In this document: in pieces, positions 58,030-64,000 of the stretch | How positions within the stretch are numbered: the stretch's first letter is position 1 | Layout: each line of letters opens with the position of its first letter | From: Macrostomum hystrix | Taxonomy: Eukaryota > Animalia > Platyhelminthes | Reading direction: 5' to 3' | Length of the DNA stretch: 64,000 nt | NCBI GenBank assembly: GCA_950097015.1 | Contig: CATNEN010000033.1 | Span: 5,084,001-5,148,000 of the forward strand | Notes under the pieces: generated by a model | What the model was told of the DNA's origin: nothing | Databases searched by the model: none | What the model saw: the letters and a program-made list of their open reading frames with translations, nothing else | Translations under genes and position numbers: made by a program

Positions 58030-61000
58030 CCTAATCCCCTCTCAGTTCCTCACCCTGATCCCCTCACAGTTCCTCACCTTAATTCCCTCTCTGTTCCTCA
58101 CCCTGATCCCCTCTCTGTTCCTCACCCTAATCCCCTCTCTGTTCCTCACCCTAATCCTCTCTCAGTTCCTCTCTCTGATCCCCTCTCAGTTCCTCACCCT
58201 AATCCCCTCTCAGTTCCTGACCCTAATCCCCTCTCTGTTCCTCTCTCTGATCCCCTCTGTTCCTCTCCCTGATCCCCTCTCTGTTCCTCACCCTAATCCT
58301 CTCTCAGTTCCTCACCCTGATCCCCTCTCAGTTCCTCACCCTGATTCCCTCTCTGTTCCTCACCCTGATCCCCTCTCTGTTCCTCACCCTAATCCTCTCT
58401 CAGTTCCTCACCCTGATCCTCTCTCAGTTCCTCACCCTGATCCCCTCTCAGTTCCTCACCTTAATTCCCTCTCTGTTCCTCACCCTGATCCCCTCTCAGT
58501 TCCTCACCCTGATCCCCTCTCTGTTCCTCACCCTAATCCTCTCTCAGTTCCTCACCCTGATCCCCTCACAGTTCCTCTCTCTGATCCCCTCTCAGTTCCT
58601 CACCCTAATCCCCTCTCTGTTCCTCACCCTGATCCCCTCTCAGTTCCTCACCCTAATCCCCTCTCTGTTCCTCACCCTGATCCCCTCTCAGTTCCTCACC
58701 CTAATCCCCTCTCTGTTCCTCACCCTAATCCTCTCTCAGTTCCTCACCCTGATCCCCTCTCAGTTCCTCACCTTAATTCCCTCTCTGTTCCTCACCCTGA
58801 TCCCCTCTCAGTTCCTGACCCTAATCCCCTCTCTGTTCCTCTGTCTGATCCCCTCTGTTCCTCACCCTGATCCCCTCTCAGTTCCTCACCTTAATCCCCT
58901 CTCTGTTCCTCACCCTGATCCCCTCTCAGTTCCTCACCTTAATTCCCTCTCTGTTCCTCACCCTGATCCTCTCTCAGTTCCTCACCCTGATCCCCTCTCA
59001 GTTCCTCACCTTAATTCCCTCTCTGTTCCTCACCCTGATCCCCTCTCTGTTCCTCACCCTGATCCCCTCTCTGTTCCTCTCCCTGATCCCCTCTCTGTTC
59101 CTCACCCTAATCCCCTCTAAGTTCCTCACCCTAATCCCCTCTCTGTTCCTCACCCTAATTCCCTCTCAGGTCCTCTCTCTGATCCCCTCTAAGTTCCTCA
59201 CCCTAATCCCCTCTCTGTTCCTCACCCTAATTCCCTCTCAGGTCCTCTCTCTGATCCCCTCTAAGTTCCTCACCCTAATCCCCTCTTTGTTCCTCACCCT
59301 AATCCCCTCTCTGTTCCTCTCTCTGATCCCCTCTCTGTTCCTCTCCCTGATCCCCTCTCTGTTCCTCTCTCTGATCCCCTCTCTGTTCCTCTCCCTGATC
59401 CCCTCTCTGTTCCTCTCTCTGATCCCCTCTCTGTTCCTCTCCCTGATCCCCTCTCTGTTCCTCTCTCTTATCCCCTCTCTGTTCCTCTCTCTGATCCCCT
59501 CTCTGTTCCTCTCCCTGATCCCCTCTCTGTTCCTCTCCCTGATCCCCTCTCAGTTCCTCTCCCTGATCCCCTCTCTGTTCCTCACCCTAATCCCCTCTCA
59601 GTTCATCACCCTGATCCCCTCACAGTTCCTCACCTTAATTCCCTCTCTGTTCCTCACCCTAATCCTCTCTCAGTTCCTCACCCTGATCCCCTCACAGTTC
59701 CTCTCTCTGATCCCCTCTCAGTTCCTCACCCTAATCCCCTCTCTGTTCCTCACCCTGATCCCCTCTCAGTTCCTCACCCTAATCCCCTCTCTGTTCCTCA
59801 CCCTGATCCCCTCTCAGTTCCTCACCCTAATCCCCTCTCTGTTCCTCACCCTAATCCTCTCTCAGTTCCTCACCCTGATCCCCTCTCAGTTCCTCACCTT
59901 AATTCCCTCTCTGTTCCTCACCCTGATCCCCTCTCAGTTCCTGACCCTAATCCCCTCTCTGTTCCTCTCTCTGATCCCCTCTGTTCCTCTCCCTGATCCC
60001 CTCTCTGTTCCTCACCCTAATCCCCTCTCTGTTCCTCACCCTAATCCTCTCTCAGTTCCTCACCCTGATCCCCTCTCAGTTCCTCACCTTAATTCCCTCT
60101 CTGTTCCTCACCCTGATCCCCTCTCAGTTCCTGACCCTAATCCCCTCTCTGTTCCTCTCTCTGATCCCCTCTGTTCCTCTCCCTGATCCCCTCTCTGTTC
60201 CTCACCCTAATCCCCTCTAAGTTCCTCACCCTGATCCCCTCTCAGTTCCTCACCTTAATTCCCTCTCTGTTCCTCACCCTGATCCCCTCTCAGTTCCTCA
60301 CCTTAATCCCCTCTCTGTTCCTCACCTTAATTCCCTCTCTGTTCCTCACCCTGATCCCCTCTCTGTTCCTCTCCCTGATCCCCTCTCTGTTCCTCACCCT
60401 AATCCCCTCTAAGTTCCTCACCCTGATCCCCTCTCAGTTCCTCACCTTAATTCCCTCTCTGTTCCTCACCCTGATCCCCTCTCAGTTCCTCACCTTAATC
60501 CCCTCTCTGTTCCTCACCCTAATCCTCTCTCAGTTCCTCACCCTGATCCCCTCTCAGTTCCTCACCTTAATTCCCTCTCTGTTCCTCACCCTGATCCCCT
60601 CTCTGTTCCTCACCCTGATCCCCTCTCTGTTCCTCTCCCTGATCCCCTCTCTGTTCCTCACCCTAATCCCCTCTAAGTTCCTCACCCTAATCCCCTCTCT
60701 GTTCCTCACCCTAATTCCCTCTCAGGTCCTCTCTCTGATCCCCTCTAAGTTCCTCACCCTAATCCCCTCTCTGTTCCTCACCCTAATTCCCTCTCAGGTC
60801 CTCTCTCTGATCCCGTCTCTGTTCCTCACCCTAATCCCCTCTCTGTTCCTCTCTCTGATCCCCTCTCTGTTCCTCTCCCTGATCCCCTCTCTGTTCCTCT
60901 CTCTGATCCCCTCTCTGTTCCTCTCCCTGATCCCCTCTCTGTTCCTCTCTCTGATCCCCTCTCTGTTCCTCTCCCTGATCCCCTCTCTGTTCCTCTCTCT

Positions 61001-64000
61001 GATCCCCTCTCTGTTCCTCTCTCTGATCCCCTCTCTGTTCCTCTCCCTGATCCCCTCTCTGTTCCTCTCCCTGATCCCCTCTCTGTTCCTCTCTCTGATC
61101 CCCTCTCAGTTCCTCTCCCTGATCCCCTCTCTGTTCCTCACCCTAATCCCCTCTCAGTTCATCACCCTGATCCCCTCACAGTTCCTCACCTTAATTCCCT
61201 CTCTGTTCCTCACCCTGATCCCCTCTCTGTTCCTCACCCTAATCCCCTCTCAGTTCCTGACCCTAATCCCCTCTCTGTTCCTCTCTCTGATCCCCTCTGT
61301 TCCTCTCCCTGATCCCCTCTCTGTTCCTCTCCCTGATCCCCTCTCTGTTCCTCACCCTAATCCCCTCTCAGTTCCTCTCTCTGATCCCCTCTCAGTTCCT
61401 CACCCTAATCCTCTCTCAGTTCCTCACCCTGATCCCCTCACAGTTCCTCTCCCTGATCCCCTCTCAGTTCCTCACCCTAATCCCCTCTCTGTTCCTCACC
61501 CTGATCCCCTCTCAGTTCCTCACCCTAATCCCCTCTGTGTTCCTCACCCTGATCCCCTCTCAGTTCCTCACCCTAATCCCCTCTCTGTTCCTCACCCTAA
61601 TCCTCTCTCAGTTCCTCACCCTGATCCCCTCTCAGTTCCTCACCTTAATTCCCTCTCTGTTCCTCACCCTGATCCCCTCTCAGTTCCTGACCCTAATCCC
61701 CTCTCTGTTCCTCTCTCTGATCCCCTCTGTTCCTCTCCATGATCCCCTCTCTGTTCCTCACCCTAATCCCCTCTCTGTTCCTCACCCTGATCCCCTCTCA
61801 GTTCCTCACCTTAATTCCCTCTCTGTTCCTCACCCTGATCCCCTCTCAGTTCCTCACCTTAATCCCCTCTCTGTTCCTCACCCTAATCCTCTCTCAGTTC
61901 CTCACCCTGATCCCCTCTCAGTTCCTCACCTTAATTCCCTCTCTGTTCCTCACCCTGATCCCCTCTCTGTTCCTCACCCTGATCCCCTCTCTGTTCCTCT
62001 CCCTGATCCCCTCTCTGTTCCTCACCCTAATCCCCTCTAAGTTCCTCACCCTAATCCCCTCTCTGTTCCTCACCCTAATTCCCTCTCAGGTCCTCTCTCT
62101 GATCCCCTCTAAGTTCCTCACCCTAATCCCCTCTCTGTTCCTCACCCTAATTCCCTCTCAGGTCCTCTCTCTGATCCCCTCTCTGTTCCTCTCTCTGATC
62201 CCCTCTCTGTTCCTCTCCCTGATCCCCTCTCTGTTCCTCTCCCTGATCCCCTCTCTGTTCCTCTCTCTGATCCCCTCTCAGTTCCTCTCCCTGATCCCCT
62301 CTCTGTTCCTCACCCTAATCCCCTCTCTGTTCCTCACCCTAATTCCCTCTCAGGTCCTCTCTCTGATCCCCTCTAAGTTCCTCACCCTAATCCCCTCTTT
62401 GTTCCTCACCCTAATCCCCTCTCTGTTCCTCTCTCTGATCCCCTCTCTGTTCCTCTCCCTGATCCCCTCTCTGTTCCTCTCTCTGATCCCCTCTCTGTTC
62501 CTCTCCCTGATCCCCTCTCTGTTCCTCTCTCTGATCCCCTCTCTGTTCCTCTCCCTGATCCCCTCTCTGTTCCTCTCTCTGATCCCCTCTCTGTTCCTCT
62601 CTCTGATCCCCTCTCTGTTCCTCTCCCTGATCCCCTCTCTGTTCCTCTCCCTGATCCCCTCTCTGTTCCTCTCTCTGATCCCCTCTCAGTTCCTCTCCCT
62701 GATCCCCTCTCTGTTCCTCACCCTAATCCCCTCTCAGTTCATCACCCTGATCCCCTCACAGTTCCTCACCTTAATTCCCTCTCTGTTCCTCACCCTGATC
62801 CCCTCTCTGTTCCTCACCTTAATCCCCTCTCAGTTCCTGACCCTAATCCCCTCTCTGTTCCTCTCTCTGATCCCCTCTGTTCCTCTCCCTGATCCCCTCT
62901 TTGTTCCTCTCCCTGATCCCCTCTCTGTTCCTCACCCTAATCCCCTCTCAGTTCCTCTCTCTGATCCCCTCTCAGTTCCTCACCCTAATCCTCTCTCAGT
63001 TCCTCACCCTGATCCCCTCACAGTTCCTCTCTCTGATCCCCTCTCAGTTCCTCACCCTAATCCCCTCTCTGTTCCTCACCCTGATCCCCTCTCAGTTCCT
63101 CACCCGAATCCCCTCTCTGTTCCTCACCCTGATCCCCTCTCAGTTCCTCACCCTAATCCCCTCTCTGTTCCTCACCCTAATCCTCTCTCAGTTCCTCACC
63201 CTGATCCCCTCTCAGTTCCTGACCCTAATCCCCTCTCTGTTCCTCTCTCTGATCCCCTCTGTTCCTCTCCCTGATCCCCTCTCTGTTCCTCACCCTAATC
63301 CCCTCTCTGTTCCTCACCCTGATCCCCTCTCAGTTCCTCACCTTAATTCCCTCTCTGTTCCTCACCCTGATCCCCTCTCAGTTCCTCACCTTAATCCCCT
63401 CTCTGTTCCTCACCCTAATCCTCTCTCAGTTCCTCACCCTGATCCCCTCTCAGTTCCTCACCTTAATTCCCTCTCTGTTCCTCACCCTGATCCCCTCTCT
63501 GTTCCTCACCCTGATCCCCTCTCTGTTCCTCTCCCTGATCCCCTCTCTGTTCCTCACCCTAATCCCCTCTAAGTTCCTCACCCTAATCCCCTCTCTGTTC
63601 CTCACCCTAATTCCCTCTCAGGTCCTCTCTCTGATCCCCTCTAAGTTCCTCACCCTAATCCCCTCTCTGTTCCTCACCCTAATTCCCTCTCAGGTCCTCT
63701 CTCTGATCCCCTCTAAGTTCCTCACCCTAATCCCCTCTTTGTTCCTCACCCTAATCCCCTCTCTGTTCCTCTCTCTGATCCCCTCTCTGTTCCTCTCCCT
63801 GATCCCCTCTCTGTTCCTCTCTCTGATCCCCTCTCTGTTCCTCTCCCTGATCCCCTCTCTGTTCCTATCTCTGATCCCCTCTCTGTTCCTCTCCCTGATC
63901 CCCTCTCTGTTCCTCTCCCTGATCCCCTCTCGGTTCCTCTCTCTGATCCCCTCTCTGTTCCTCTCCCTGATCCCCTCTCTGTTCCTCTCCCTGATCCCCT
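58030..64000. repeat. 24-bp pyrimidine-rich satellite (GTTCCTCACCCT[G/A]ATCCCCTCTC[T/A]), continues past the window end
   Basis: About 250 units with recurring variants, including 22-bp units. Extreme C/T strand bias. Confidence 0.98.

Noticed and set aside
57998-63572. Long ORFs (up to 511 aa) of LIPSLFLT / PDPLSVPH repeats
   Set aside because: They are artefacts of a 24-bp satellite that lacks stops in some frames.
58030-64000. True telomere
   Set aside because: CCCTAA occurs singly within 24-bp units, not as tandem hexamers.

Overview
This is eukaryotic (metazoan-like) DNA made almost entirely of nested mobile elements and tandem repeats. It has GT-AG introns, and no rRNA, tRNA, CRISPR array or clear housekeeping gene was found. 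From left to right it holds: a Ty3/Gypsy integrase fragment; Helitron-type termini around minisatellites, a spliced zinc-knuckle gene and an RPA-like OB-fold ORF; and a P-element/THAP transposon (32-bp TIRs, 8-bp TSD) split by a 2.3-kb solo-LTR-like insertion. Next is a ~34-kb virus-like or giant-transposon-like region (about 8.2-42.8 kb). It carries an intron-containing tyrosine recombinase, two paralogous large genes ending in SF3-helicase-like ATPase domains, paralogous zinc-finger genes, a triplicated head-to-head two-gene module, arrays of TTTTCGCGAAAA palindromic repeats and a perfect 38-bp palindrome. No capsid or polymerase gene was recognised in it. To the right are a truncated Sola-like DDE transposase, a CACTA/EnSpm-like element whose accessory gene has a 40-bp satellite in an intron, and a 24-bp satellite running off the end. 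Many genes are broken by single-base frameshifts, often in homopolymers, so spliced or frameshift-corrected proteins are manual reconstructions. All family assignments come from motif recognition by eye, with no database search.
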